Of a DNA stretch of 64,000 nucleotides, positions 25,261-39,107 are shown piece after piece. The position numbers and the translations under genes were made by a program. The notes beneath the pieces are model-generated. The model saw only the letters and a program-made list of their open reading frames with translations. It did no database searches and was not told the origin of the DNA. The first letter of the stretch is position 1. Each line of letters opens with the position of its first letter. Source of the DNA: Octopus vulgaris (taxonomy: Eukaryota); assembly GCA_951406725.2 (NCBI GenBank), contig OX597837.1, forward strand, positions 23,064,001 to 23,128,000. The letters run 5' to 3'.

Positions 25261-26897
25261 CAGAAAGCTCAGGGAATCATACTAAATATGGTAGGGCCTC
25301 ACATATGTAATATAGTGTGAGTTGATAAATTAATTAAGGGAAGTTTTTACTGGTCATAATCGCTTGTAACCTCCTAAAAACAAATTTTGATATTGTTAGC
25401 TATTTAAATAGTTTCGTGTAATCCAGTTCAATTCTGTTAATTGCATTAAATCATTTACTTCTTCATTAAGTTTTAAGACAATGAAAACAGAAAAAAAAAT
25501 CAATGTTTAAAATGACTGACAGTATTTGCCAAACAATCTGACCTGGACAGACAACCTACTTATTCCTCACTTCTTAAGACTGCTAGACTCACATTAAAGG
25601 GTCTCTGTTCATACATTCAAGATACCTACACAAAAAAAGAAACTATTAAACAACCCTAACTAACTCCTATATTAACAAGCCAACAAGAAAGCCTCTATAA
25701 AGTCATTCTACTAATTAGAAATAACAGCTAAATTTCAGTTATGTCTCACCCTACTGTTCTGAAAAAGGTAAAGAACATATTAGATATCTTTCTAGAAATA
25801 ATATATGTGTAAAAACAAAAAAAAAAAAAAACACGAAAGATAGGCACAGATGTGGCTGAGTGGTAAGAAGTTTCCTTCCCAGCCACATGGTTTTGGGTTC
25901 AGTTTCACGGCATTACCACTACTCCCAGGTCTGTTTCGACTCAGAATAGTAGTACCTAACAGGGTCCCATCTTTGGATCAAATAGAATCAAACCATCTAA
26001 CCCATGCCAGAATGGAAATATGGACATTAAATGATGATGATTATATAAGAGAGAGAAAGAGAGAGGTTTATTTTATAAAAAGTTAATGGCAGTTTATTCT
26101 GAGTTTGCTCTATGCCACTTTATTCAATGTACTGAGTTCCACACCAGATAACATTTGCAATATGTAAAATAAATTTTAATATACTATACAGCTTCTACAT
26201 TATAGTGTGTGTGTGTGTGTGTGTGTGTGTGCATGCATGCATGCGTGTGTGCATGCATGCATGCGTGTGTGTATGTATAGTGGTAAAGTCATTTACAGTC
26301 CATCCAAATTTTGCACTTGAAACTATGACCTTTCAATCCCAAGGACAACCTCTTTCCTTTGCAGAAAGGTATATATATTATGGATTTTTTTTTACTTCTT
26401 ACAATTTCTGAATTCTGAAATATCTAAATGCATTTCTTTTGGTTTTTAGGAGATAGAAACATTAGTGAAGACAAATTTGTATCGAATTTTCCCCCTCAAC
26501 AACAAGTAGATCATTCCATTTTTATTCACGCTCCAATACTATAATGGTCTTGCTATCATGCAGCATTTTCTTACCAAATACCCACCACTCGTACAAATAC
26601 TATTTCAGAAAAAAAAAACAAAACAAAACAATATCAATTTCCATTTATTCTTCAGATTCTCATTTTATAGGAATCAAATCCTATTTATTTCATTACCTGT
26701 TCATCGCTGCAAACCATTCTCAACCATTCTTGGTTTTTACTCAGAAACTTTGTAATATTTCTCGACACGTCAATCATACAGTTCGTAGTTTTTAGAAACT
26801 AGCATTTTTCCTTAAGCTTACCATAAGCTGGGTATTCCAAGAAGTTTTGATGCCATTCCCGACAGTCTACTGAAGCAAAGGGTATAGAGTCAATCAT

Positions 26898-27565
26898 CCT
26901 ACTGCATGGCACTTTGGGTAAGTGTCTTCTACTATAGCCTTGGGGCAACCAAAGCACTGTGAGTGGATTTAGTAGACAGTAACTGAAGGCCTGCTTTATA
27001 TATATGTGTGTGTGTGTGTGTGCATGCGTGAATGTGTATGTGACATCATCATCATCGTTCAACGCCCGCTTTCCATGCTAGCATGAGTTGGCTGGTTCAA
27101 TTGGGGTCTGGGAAGCCAGAAGGCTGCACCAGGCCCAGTCTGATCTGGCAGTGTTTCTACAGCTGGATGCCCTTCCTAATGTCAACCACTCCGTGAGTGT
27201 AGTGGGTGCTTTTTACATGCCACTGGCACAGGTGCTAGATAAGGCTGGCAACGGCCACAATCGGATGGTGCTTTTTACGTGCCACTGGCATGGAGGCCAT
27301 GATCAGATGGTGCTTTTTACGTGCTAAACTTAAAATTCCAAATGTGTGTCATTGTGTCTGTGTTTGTTCCCCACCATTGCTTGACAACTGGTGTTAGTTT
27401 GTTTACATCCCCATAACCTAGTGGTCCAGCAAAAGAAACTGATAGAATAAGTACCAGGCGTAAAAAGCAAAAAATAAAAGTACTAGGGTTGTTTGTTTAA
27501 CTAAAATTCCTCAAGGCAGTGCCCCAGCATGGCTGCAATTTAATAAATGAAACAAGTAAAAGATA
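26898..27565 (+). mobile_element. SINE A with nested antisense SINE C (27044-27324)
   Basis: The A body is split at its microsatellite by a (CAT)n-led family C copy. Confidence 0.8.
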
Positions 27566-28268
27566 TAAGACAGACACACAATCTGGTCCAAGCAGAACGA
27601 TCAAGATACATCAGAAGCAGGACAATATCCCAGGATAATCTACCAGTCATGGATTTAGTAGAAAATTTGGTTCAAAATATCAAAAATACCACCAAAATTA
27701 AATGACAAAATAGTACAAGATTATAACTCAACTTGTTAGAATTCAGATTGCTCTGACAAATGTAATGTGTATTTAATCACATTATCACATCAATCATGCA
27801 TCATTATCTTGCAGCTTTGTTATTTCAATGATGTGATTGTTTACTATTATACTGACATTATAGGGTAGGTGTGAGAGACCAGACCTTGCTGGTTTGAACA
27901 TAAAACAGGTAAAATATTTGGGCAAATGATTGGTTTAAATGCCGAAGGGTTAAAAAATTTGATTCAATTATCTAATTTATTGTTTAAGTGTCTACTTTGA
28001 TGTGTCCAGTTCCTGAATGCAAACTGCATCAAGGTCAACTTTGCCATCCAGGAAATGTCAAGTACCAGTAAAATATTGGTCGTTCTAATCAGCCACACTC
28101 CCTTCCAGCTCCCACTTAGTGAACTGAAGGAGTTGTTAGAGAATCTGACAAAAAGACTTGTGACATCTGTCTACCTTCTGTCCTAGAGTCAATAAATAGA
28201 TTACCAACCTAGGTTAGTTGGATGGAAGAATTGATACAGCATTGTAGATACAGAATTGATATGGTAGA

Positions 28269-28597
28269 AGGCGGCAAGCTGGCAGAAACATTAGCATGCT
28301 GGGTGAAATGCTTAGCGGTATTTCACCTGTCTTTATGTTCTAAGTTCAAATTCCACCGAGGTTGACTTTACCATTCATCCTTTCGGGGTCGATAAATTAA
28401 GTACCAGTTATGCACTGGGGTCGATAAATTAAGTGCCAGTTATGCACTGGTGTCGATAAATTAAGTGCCAGTTATGCACTGGGGTCAATAAATTAAGTGC
28501 CAGTTATGCAATGGGTTCGATGTAATCGACTTAATCCCTTTGTATGTCTTTGTTTGTCCCCTCTATGTTTGGTCCCTTGTGGGCAATAAAGAAATAA
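28269..28597 (+). mobile_element. SINE B with an internal 4x32-bp tandem expansion
   Basis: Unit GGGGTCGATAAATTAAGTRCCAGTTATGCACT repeated over 28385-28512. Confidence 0.9.
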
Positions 28598-28649
28598 GAA
28601 TTGATACAGCATCAGACATGGTGTCTTGTAGTATATATTCTAGCTTTTT

Positions 28650-29255
28650 CCCATCCCTCTATCTCCTGTACCCACTATTCCTAAGAGGCTCATGAGGATA
28701 GGGTGTTCAGGCACCGCCTCCAAAGGGCCCTATCAGAAGCAACCGTCATTAGACTTTCTGTCTGGATTCCCAAATGAGGCCAACTGAGTCTATAGCTATT
28801 ATTCAACTATCTCGTTCTCAGTCTACCTCTAGGTCTCCTGCTGGTTGGCTCAGCTTGAAAAATCTGTTTTACTCCCTGTGACATTCTAATCACATCCATA
28901 GTAACAGAGATGTGACCTCTCAATGCAGAGAAGTCGTGGTTTGACCTGAAGAGACTTCCTGATCTCTGAACTATGCACCCTGTCAAGTAACATTACTCCA
29001 GAGATCCTTTGGGAGTAACCCATTTTAGCTGCTTGTATTCAGCTGTTTGTATACATTTCCAGTCATTACTCAATATTCATGGAGGAAGACTTAATCAATC
29101 ATCAGGTTTAACACAACTACTTGATACACTGGCAGCTATTAATGGAGATTTCTCTATTGCACGCCTTCAGGTCATGTTTCCCCTCCTTATCACTGGTCTC
29201 AGAGGCCCCGAAGACAGTCATGCATGCCATACCACAATTACTCCTTTTGCGACTA
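28650..29255 (-). mobile_element. RTE-clade element remnant (3' ORF end, possibly fused to a 5' UTR piece)
   Basis: Minus strand translates IQAAKMG...RISGVMLLDRVHSSEIRKSLQVKPRLLCIERSHL...RRPRGRLRTR...ASDRALWRRCL. Confidence 0.8.
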
Positions 29256-30023
29256 AGTGATGATAAACAAACGAAACAAAATCACTAAATGGTAAAAATG
29301 TACGATAATTTTTTTTCTAAATAACTTCACTTTTTTCAAATTCTGCCACCAGTAGAACCCCCCCCCTCCAAAAAAAAAAGGACAAAAAAGTGAATTTGAT
29401 GATATTTTATTTTTAACAAAGTAAATTGTAAACAGCTTCAAAGAAACACAGGAAAATCTACAGAACAAAAAAAAAAAACCAAAAAAAAAACCGATTATAT
29501 AAAGTGACATCAATGTTTCATAATCAGGCTGAGAATAAGAATAAATATATATTATCATATAAAGTAAATATTTTCCTATTGATTGAAGCTGAGTCTATCA
29601 ATAATGGTCGTCAAGGATAAAGAAGATTGGGAAGCCAGCTGGTGTATTAATAAAGGCCAGAATCCACATAAAACTACTATTAATGATGTTTTTACATGTA
29701 TATGAGAAATGAAACAATACTGAATAAATGTTTGCTTAGATATTTACATCACCAACAGAACCAAAACTACAAAAACTACAAAAAAATTATTACTGAGGTT
29801 TTAGCCAAGATAAAGATGAAGCAACGTTATGTTTTCGTATCATAAAAGTCAACCTGTTTGAGTAATATTTCAGAATTTTATGAAATATTTTGATGAAAGG
29901 GTCTCCTGGCATAAAAGGAAAAAAAATCTAATTATTGCTGATAGGTTTATGAGGAAATAAAAAAATCATTAGAGACATAAAAAGTTTGTTTTTATATAAT
30001 AACTTGTAAAAAAAAAAAGTTAA

Positions 30024-30410
30024 CAGGTGCGGGCATGGCTATGTGGTAAGAAGCTTGCTTCCCATCCACATGGCTCCAGGTTCAGTCCCACTGTGTGGCA
30101 CCTTGTGTATGGATTTGGTGGACAAAAACTGAAAGGAACCCATTGTGTATCTATCTATCTATCTCTATAAAGAGAGAGAGAGTAAGAGAGGTGTGTGTGT
30201 GTGTGTCCCCATCACTGCTTGACAACTGGTGTTCATGTGTTTGTGCCTCAGTAACTTAGCAGTTCAGCAAAAGGGACAAATAAAATAAGTACCAGGCTTT
30301 AAAAAAAAGAAAACAATATACTGGGATCAATTCATTCAACTACAAATTCCTCAAGGAATTACAAATTTTCCAGCATGACCGCGGCCTAATGACTAAAACA
30401 AGTCAAAAAG
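30024..30410 (+). mobile_element. SINE family A (internally deleted)
   Basis: Head and tail recognisable. Confidence 0.8.
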
Positions 30411-32104
30411 GAAAAAGAAACTTAAATTATAAACTCAAATTCCTAATTGCAAAATATATTTAAAGAATAACCTATAAAATATATTTAACCTATTCAAAAA
30501 TATAAAAGAAATGTTATATTTTCTTTTAATGTCAAATTAAAGGAATTATTTAAAAAAACCAGTTCTTTTGTTCTTACGATGTTATAACCAAAAAGCAATG
30601 AAAACAGTTTTTCTGTAATATTTGGGAACATAGTATTTGTTTGTTCAGAAAACTATCAGCAAATGAGATCAGGGTTAGGTCTAATAATGTTTTACTTACA
30701 ATAATAAGCCTTTAACTAAGATTAAAACTACATGCAGCCTACAACTTCTGCATAATGAATGAGAGAACTAAGGCAGTGAACTGGCAGAATCGTTAGCAGA
30801 GCAGGCAAACTGCTTTGTGGCATTTTGTCTGAGTTCTAGGTTCAAATTCTGCTGAGGTCAACTTTGTCTTTCTTCCTTACCACATCTCCTGAAATTGCTG
30901 ACCTTGTGCCAAAATTTGAAACCAATGAATGAGGGAACTACTATGAGGTAGTTTAACCTGCTAGACACAGTAGCCAGTATTGCTTTTAGCTCTCCACCTA
31001 CTGTATTAGAAAAGGAATGACACTGACCCGCAGGATTAAATAGTCCTAAAAACACACAATGCTTGAAAGAAGCTAAGACAGTGATAGCTGGAACATCTAA
31101 TCACATCTTTGTTGGATCAGGGATAATCTGAATTTAAATTAGGTCCTTGATAAGATTTTAAACTGCATCCTGTGGTGAGGTTACAAGTTTGTTCTAACCC
31201 AGAATGGTAGTACATGTCAGGGTTCCACTGACAGGTTTTTGCAAGTCAATGTCATTGGGCCCAGAGCGCAACTGATACTTATTTTACCGACCCTGAAATG
31301 ATGAAAGACAAAGTTGATCTTGGTGGAATTTGAACTTAGAACATAAGGATGGAAGAAATGCCAACAGGAATTTTATTCAGTGTGCTAACGTTTCTGCCAG
31401 CTTGCCACCTTAATAATAGTAATAATTTCAAATTTTGGCACAAGGCTAACAGTTTCAGGGGAGGGGGTAAGTCAATTACATCGACCTCAGTGTTGGTATA
31501 TAGAAACTGAAAGAAATTGCTTGTCTAGACACACAAGTGTCTGTGTGAAGGAGCATGGCCTAGTGGATAGAGTTTTACACTCACAGTCACAAGGCTGTGG
31601 TTTCGATTCCCTGTCTGGGCAGTGTGTTGTGTTATACAGCAAAACACTACATTTCAGGTTACTCATTTTGACATCTGATGCACTGGCAATGTCAATTTTA
31701 TGGAGAGAGCAAACATTTGATCAGTATAAACAAATCATCTGTGTGGTTGTTCAGCAAGAAATTGCAAAACCCTTATTAATCATCTAACAATGGGAGACTT
31801 GATTATATACCACCATCATTATCATCATTATCATCATTACTCCAGTCCATTCAGTTGACAAAGATGAGTAGTATCCGTCTTTCAAAAGGCCAGCCTTGTC
31901 ATATTCTGTGTCATGGTGAATCTCCCTGAGAACTATGTTAAAGGTATGTATGTCTGTGGAATGCTCAGCCACTTGCATGTTAATTTCATGAGCAGGCTGC
32001 TCTGTTGATCAGATCAACTGGTACCTGCATCATTATAACCAACAGAGTGCCAGTTTGCATACAATTATGTAGGCTAGATTTTTTGGGGAAAATACATAAC
32101 AAAT

Positions 32105-32780
32105 AGGCACAGGCTTGGCTGTGTGGTAAGAAGCTTGCTTCCCAACCACATGGTTCTGGGTTCAGTCCAACTGCGTAGCACCTTGGCCAAGTGTCTTCAA
32201 CAGCCTCGGGCCAACCAAAGCCTTGTGAGAAGATTTGACAGAAACTGAAAGAAGCCTGTCATGTGTGTGAGTATATATATACACACACACACATACTAGT
32301 ATTATATATATATATAAATACTAGTATTATATATATATATACATACTAGTATTATAACCCGATTTCATTCGGTCTATTCAGGCCACATTTTAAAGATGAG
32401 TAATTTTGCCCTAGAGTCCACGCCTTTCAATCAAGCAAACTCCCCAGCATTTTTAACATAGGTGTGCAAATTTTCAGGTCAATCTGACCAGATTTACTAA
32501 CACTTTTACCTGCACAACTGCTTGTGAGACAACGTCCACCTCTTCACAAATATATAGTAGAAATATGTATATCTTTGTGCATTTGTATTTGTCACCCCAC
32601 CATCACTTGACAACTGATGTTGGTATGTTTACATCCCTGTAACTTAGTGGTTCGGCAAAAGAGACCGATAGAACAAGTACTATGCTTACAAAGAATAAGT
32701 CCTGGGGTCAATTAGTTAAACTAAAGGCAGTGCTCCAGCATGGCTGCAGTCAAATTACTGAAACAAGTAAAAGAATAAAA
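32105..32780 (+). mobile_element. SINE A with nested Helitron-like element (32346-32561, minus strand)
   Basis: The insert begins CTAGTATTATAACCCG and ends TATATAGTAGA inside the A spacer. The ATACTAGTATTATA end is present three times. Confidence 0.75.
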
Positions 32781-33599
32781 GAAATTAGAGAGTGAGGTTG
32801 GCCTGCACAAGGCCTTTCCTCACTTTAAATACTTCAGGCACAGGCATTACTTTATTTTAAATTTATTATGGAGCTGCCCATAGCCCTAAAACAGGTAAAA
32901 CATTAAATGATAAGAAAACTAAAAATAATTCTATGAACTGGTAGCATTGGTGAATAAAAAATAAATATCTTGCAGCATTTAATTTAGAGTTCAAATCCTG
33001 TGGGGGTCAACTTTTGTCTTTCATCCTACTGGAGCTGATTAAATAAAGAACTGAAGATCCTCTCCACACATACACACACCAAAATTTTGCCCTTCTGGCA
33101 ATGTTAGAAATCAATCTATTTCTACCCTTTTTGATTCAACATGTTAAAATAATAAAACCAACAAAAACAATAAAAGACACATCAAACCAATCCTTCTTCC
33201 CCACTGATTGCACACACACACACACTTATATATTAAACAAAATTTCCTCATCATAAAGTTTCTATCTAGAGAAAAATAAAGTTATCAGTTAAACGAAGAA
33301 TCTTTATTTCGGTTTGAAAAATATTTGAATGCACGGTTTTTGTTATTTTTTTTTTTAACTCTCCCAATAAATCATTATATGGTATTACAGAAAGAAAGAA
33401 GAAAGGTAGGAAGGAAAGAAAGTGAAAAAGAATTCATCTATGCAAATATGAGAAATCATTCCTCCAATCTAATTTGTTGATGAACAGTTGTGGTGAGATG
33501 GTGGGGAGGATATGAGAGAAATTGCAGAAAGCACAGTTTATGGAGAGAAAATAAATATTGATAATTAGGTTTTACATATTTTACCAATTTTATTTTATA

Positions 33600-34160
33600 G
33601 ATGCTATATATACATGTATTTATGTAGATATGTGTGCATGTATACATTGCGTACACAAAATATGAATATAAATATATATATATATAAATATATATAATAC
33701 ATATATATATATACATAAATATATATAAATACACACCCATATATATATATTTATAAATATGTACGTATACTATATATATATATATATACACATGTATATA
33801 CATATATATGCATACATAAATATATATAAATACACACACACATATATATATACATATATGAATATATATTTATATATATATGTACATATATATATACACA
33901 AATATAAATATATACATACATAAATATATATAAATACATATATACATACATAAATATGTATAAATACATATATACATACATAAATATGTATAAATACATT
34001 ATATATATATATATATATATACATAGAAGAATATATAACACACACACTCACACACACATATATATATATATACATAAATATATATACTCATATAAATAAA
34101 TATATATATGCACATATACATATAATATGCACACACATTTTCACATGTAATATATATGTT
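33600..34160. repeat. Degenerate (TA/CA)n low-complexity tract
   Basis: Compound TA/CA repeats, the source of the YIYI-type ORFs. Confidence 0.95.
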
Positions 34161-34499
34161 ATTTAATGGGTTTATAAAAATTCTAGTGACAACTTCAGCT
34201 TCTAATTTAGTTTATATATAAAAAAAGGAGAAAAGGAAATAAAAAACACACGTGTATTTGTGTGTGTGTGTGTAATATATTTATATAGATGTAAATTAAC
34301 TTATTGCATGTTATTTTATTTTCTAAACAGAATTTATTATTATAATTATCGTTAATTTTTTTTTTTTTTTTTTTTTTTTTTTGTAGTTTATTTTAACATA
34401 TGAAGTAAATGATATTGTAATAATGATAAATGATATTTTGTCAGTTCAGAAAGTAATTCACACAAATATACGAATATGTGAATAAGTGTGTGTGTGTGT

Positions 34500-34825
34500 A
34501 TCTTTTATCTGCTTCAGTCACTTGACTGTGGCCATGCCGGGGCACTGCCATGAAGGGTTTTAGTAGAACAAATCAACCCCAGAACTTATTTTTTAAAGCC
34601 TGGTACTTATTCTATCAGTCTCTTTTGCTGAACTGTTATGTTATGGGGATGTAGACACACCAACACCAGTTGTCAAGTGCTGGTGGGGGACAAACACAGA
34701 CACAAAGACATGCACATACACACACACATACACATATGATGGGCTTCTTTCAGTTTCTTTCTACTAAATCCACTCAGAAGGCTTTGGTCAGCCTGAGGCT
34801 AAAGAAGACACTAGCCTACATGATG

Positions 34826-34856
<31 letters not shown>

Positions 34857-35250
34857 TATAATACTCTTTTACTTGTTTCAGTCATTTAACTGCAGCAATG
34901 CTGGAGCACTGCCTTTAGTTGAGCAAATCAACTCCAGGACTTATTCTCTGTTAGCCTAGTACTTGTTCTAGCTGAACTGCTAAGTTACGGGGATGTAAAC
35001 ACACCACCATTGGTTGTCAAGCAATGTTGGGGGGGACAAACACTGATACACAAACATATACACACACATACATATATATGCATATATACGATGGGCTTCT
35101 TTCAGTTTCTGTCTACCAAATCCACTCACAAGGCTTTGGTTGGCTCGAGGCTATAGTAGAAGACACTTGCCCAAGGTGCCACGCAGTGGGATTGAACCCG
35201 GAACCATGTGGTCGGTAAACAATCTACTTACCACACAGCCACTCCTGCGC
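34500..35250 (-). mobile_element. Two tandem antisense SINE A copies
   Basis: 34500-34810 is headless and 34863-35250 is full length. Confidence 0.85.
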
Positions 35251-35799
35251 TTATATATATATATATATATATATATATCATCTTTTAATGCCTGTTCTAC
35301 ATGCTGGCATGGATCGAACTAGAAAACGACAGTAGATAAACACAGACCAATTTCTCTTCATTGGTTCAACAATTAAATGAAAGCTAAGGCCCTGCCAAGG
35401 ACATATTTATTCAAAACCCAGATTTGAAACCATTAATACTTGAACTGAGATATTGTTGCCAAGAAGGAGGAAATGCACTCTAAGCTGGCGGAGATGAGAT
35501 TTCTAAGCGATCATTTATTTCTGTGGAGTTCAAGAGGTTCCAAATGCCTTATCAAGTTTGTTATCAAAAGAGAACACCTATTTGTTGACTATATTTCAAT
35601 TGATAACACTGATACCTTGAGTGTTTACATGTAACAACTATGATAGATATTACTCTGTCATAATTGTTATAGTACATATAGCAACTATAATAGCAGTACA
35701 GTAGAGACACTGCATCGCAGTAAATACAAAGATATAGTCACTAATAGTATAGTCACAGTGGTAAATATGCTTGTTTGCTTCTTGCTTCATGCTCTTGCT

Positions 35800-35980
35800 T
35801 GATAAAGGCTGGGGTCATCTCAGGTTAGTGGTCCCAAAGATGTCATCTTGTGTAGAGTTGACCAGGTCCACTAGTGCTCTCCATCACTGGCAGTCCCATG
35901 CCAGCTCCTCTGCACCCTCCAAGGGGACTTGGAGGATGCAGTCATCCGGTGTGGGGCTTGCCACAAGGCCTCTTCCAACC
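35800..35980 (-). mobile_element. RTE LINE extreme 3' fragment (old)
   Basis: Minus strand translates LQVPLEGAEELAWDCQ*WRALVDL. Confidence 0.6.
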
Positions 35981-36107
35981 AACAACTGTTGCACTGAATG
36001 AGAGTTAAGCTCTAGTAGGATGATCTAACGAAGTAAATATAGTCGTTATAAAAGAATTAGTTTCTATTGATAAATATCCCTTGTTGTAGGCACAGGTGTG
36101 ACAATTA

Positions 36108-36485
36108 GGTGCAGGCGTGGTTGTATAGTAAGAAGTTTGCTTCCCAACCACGTTTCCAGGGTTCAATCCCATTGCATGGCACCTTGGCCAAGTGTCTTTT
36201 ACTATAGCCTTTAGCTGACCAAAGCACTGTGAGTGAATAGACAGAAACTGAAAGAAGCCTATCATGTGTATGTGTGTGTGTGTGTGTGTGTCCGTCCTTG
36301 ACCATCACTTGAAAACTGGAGTTGGTGTGTTTATGCCCCCATAATTTAGCAGTTCGGCAAAAAAGTACCATGCTTAAAACAAAACGACTGGGATCAATTC
36401 ATTCAACTAAAATTCTTTAAAATTCTTCAAGGCAGTGCCCCAGCATGGCCGCACTCAAATGACTGAAACTGGCAAAAGATAAAAG
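36108..36485 (+). mobile_element. SINE family A
   Basis: Head, (TG)n spacer and tail. Confidence 0.85.
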
Positions 36486-38619
36486 ATAACTATTTTACTC
36501 AGTCTAACTACCAAGAAAATAGCTATTTACCTATTCCATACCATGGCTGACTCATAGAGAATTTGTACAAATATCCAAATTTTCAGACCTAACTACCCAA
36601 CACCAACCAACACTGACCTTGGGAGTGTTACAACAATAACGACAACAAAGCCATTAACAATGAAATGCCCCACAAGAGATTTAAAATATATTGATCTAAT
36701 GTGTTTTTTTTTCTCCCCTGATGAAGAGACAAATATATGTAGGTGTGATAGCAAAGGTGGTTTAACCTATTTATCAAGCAAATATTTCTCCTAGACTCCC
36801 TGATGGGACCACACGAACCTGTTAAATAGTTTCTATGGAACGAAAACAAACTAGAAACTGTCAGAACTCATAGTTGGCATTGATAAAAAAAAATGTTAAT
36901 AACAGTCTTAAAATAAGTTCCTCTATCACTGTCATTGTTTAGCTGTCAACCCCATCAGTTCAGAACAAGGAGCCCCATAATCAAAAGACATTCCAGCCAT
37001 GAGCATCCCATCTTTTTCTAAGCACAGAGCATTGATGAAAACATTATTCTGTGCCAAATATAGCCAGCTTAAGCATAAAACAGCTAGAATATTTGATCCG
37101 GATATGGTTGGTTTGAGCATAAGATAGGTAGACTATCTTAGTTTGATATGGCCAGTTTGAGCATAATATTTGAGCTGGATATAACCACTTTAAATGCTAA
37201 ATGGTTAACAATTGATGGGGCAATGCCTTCCCTTAAAGAAACACTCACAATAAAATAAGAACCACATATAAATGCTAGATCTGATAATAATCAAACAATA
37301 TTTATTGGCCAGCTCTGTCTGTTATCATTAATGAAATCAAGTAGAGATGATTGGAGAAGAAGTAACAATTAGCACCAACGCCTACAGCACCACCAAGCCA
37401 TGCAATAAGCCAAATGAAGCAGAATTCACCAAGACTACACAAAATTAGCTACAACAAAGAACCTGAAGGCATGAACTAAAAATGACCAGGGGAAATCTTC
37501 ATAGAAATTAGAAAGCTTTTCTTATTTGAACTACTTGACAAGCAATTTCCCCCAGGAGTAAAATCCAGCCACCACCATCACCACCATTCATTAATGTTGT
37601 TTATTATTTCATCATGATCAAAGAGTTGCCAAGGTTAGATTTGAACTCAAGAAATCAAAGCTACTGAACATTATATCAGATATGAGTCTAGACTAGCAAA
37701 ATCCCAGAGCCATTAATATATATATATGTGTATGTATCTCTCACCACATATATATGTATATAGATATACATCTATATATATGTATATAGATGAATATAGA
37801 TGTACATCTATATATATGTATATAGATGAATATAGATATACAACTATTTATCTTTCTCTCTCTCTCCCTATACACACACACACACACACACACACACATA
37901 ATGTGATTGGTTAGGTTAGTCCAGCAGAAAATCAATGGGTTTCTAAGACGCCACCTAGTTTAACACATCCATGTTCTTAGGTACCTATAACTTTGTTAGT
38001 AGCATTCAGACCAGGGACCTGCAGACTTTAGACTGTGTTACGCCTACTCCAATCTCACCAGTCCCCCAAAAAAGCAACAGATCCCATCACTGCCCCATCA
38101 TCTGTATGATTCTTTACTATTAGATACTATTAAACACCAGTATCCAAAGAGAATAACTGCAGTCTGTCTGTGTGCTGACCAATAAAACATGAACCTTGTT
38201 TTTCGGTAAGATACATACACTGTAAATTTTAAAATTAGAAAGAGGATCCAATAAAAACAATTATTTAAAGTAACACCAATTAGCACTGACTACTAGATGT
38301 ATTATAGCCCCACCAACCCACCACTTCTACTTCGTGCCTTATCTCTACTATCAAATCTCTTTGCAGTTCCTACTGATCAGTCTCTTCCACCCTTGCTAAA
38401 TGTGAATAACCACACAGCTCTTTTACATGAAACTGGTCTGCCCACACTCACTTCTCTCCTAATTTAACCCCCACACCCCCTACCATCAAACTGACTTCAA
38501 AAGTGTTGATGGCATGAAAAAAGTACCTAGTACATACTGTAAAGTTGTCAGCATCAGGAAATGCATCCAGCTACAGAAACCATGCTAAAGCAGACACCGG
38601 AGAATGACACATTCCTTAA

Positions 38620-38840
38620 CCCTTTCGTTACTGTATTTATTTTGAGCTGCTCTGTGTTTCTTTCAATTACTTTAAATATAACAAAGAATTTAGTAAAATA
38701 ACTTAGTTATCATTAAAGAAGTGTTAGGAACGTATATTGTGACTAAGGTTTGGTGGAAGACTTTAATTCAGAACTTTTGAAAACAAGACATTTGTACCAC
38801 AGAGCAAGAGCCAGTTTCAGCCGGATTGGTATCAAAAGAG
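38620..38840. mobile_element. TTAA-flanked MITE nested in a SINE C copy (38510-38912)
   Basis: TTAA|CCCTTTCGTTAC...GTATCAAAAGAG|TTAA, with family C sequence resuming on both sides. Confidence 0.75.
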
Positions 38841-39107
38841 TTAAACCCATCAGATCTTGTCAAATCTTCAGCCCATGCCAGCACAGAACATGGGCATTAA
38901 ATGACAATGATGATAAGTTTTCATCATAAATTTGTATACAATATTTTAACTCTTTAACCTTTAGCACACTGGTTTGCCCCAAGAATAGTTTCCCCTGCCA
39001 TTGCACAATTTTTGGGGGGAGCAAAAAGCATGAAGACTAACTGTTTTAATATTGTTATAACTTTCGTTGTGTTGTATGTAAAGACTAGATTTTTTTTGTA
39101 TACGAAT

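Noticed and set aside
26696-26800. Possible minus-strand exon (…MIDVSRNITKFLSKNQEWLRMVCSDEQ followed by CAG|GTAATG)
   Set aside because: The donor is plausible, but there is no convincing acceptor, no recognisable domain and no partner exons. It would need RNA-seq support.
28385-28512. CRISPR-like 32-bp repeats
   Set aside because: The units are contiguous with no spacers and come from SINE B internal sequence in a eukaryotic context.
33456-34075. Long ORFs rich in Y/I/M/C (also 14282, 24235, 44355, 46897 and others)
   Set aside because: They are translations of (TA)n, (CA)n or (GA)n microsatellites and SINE bodies, with no coding signal.
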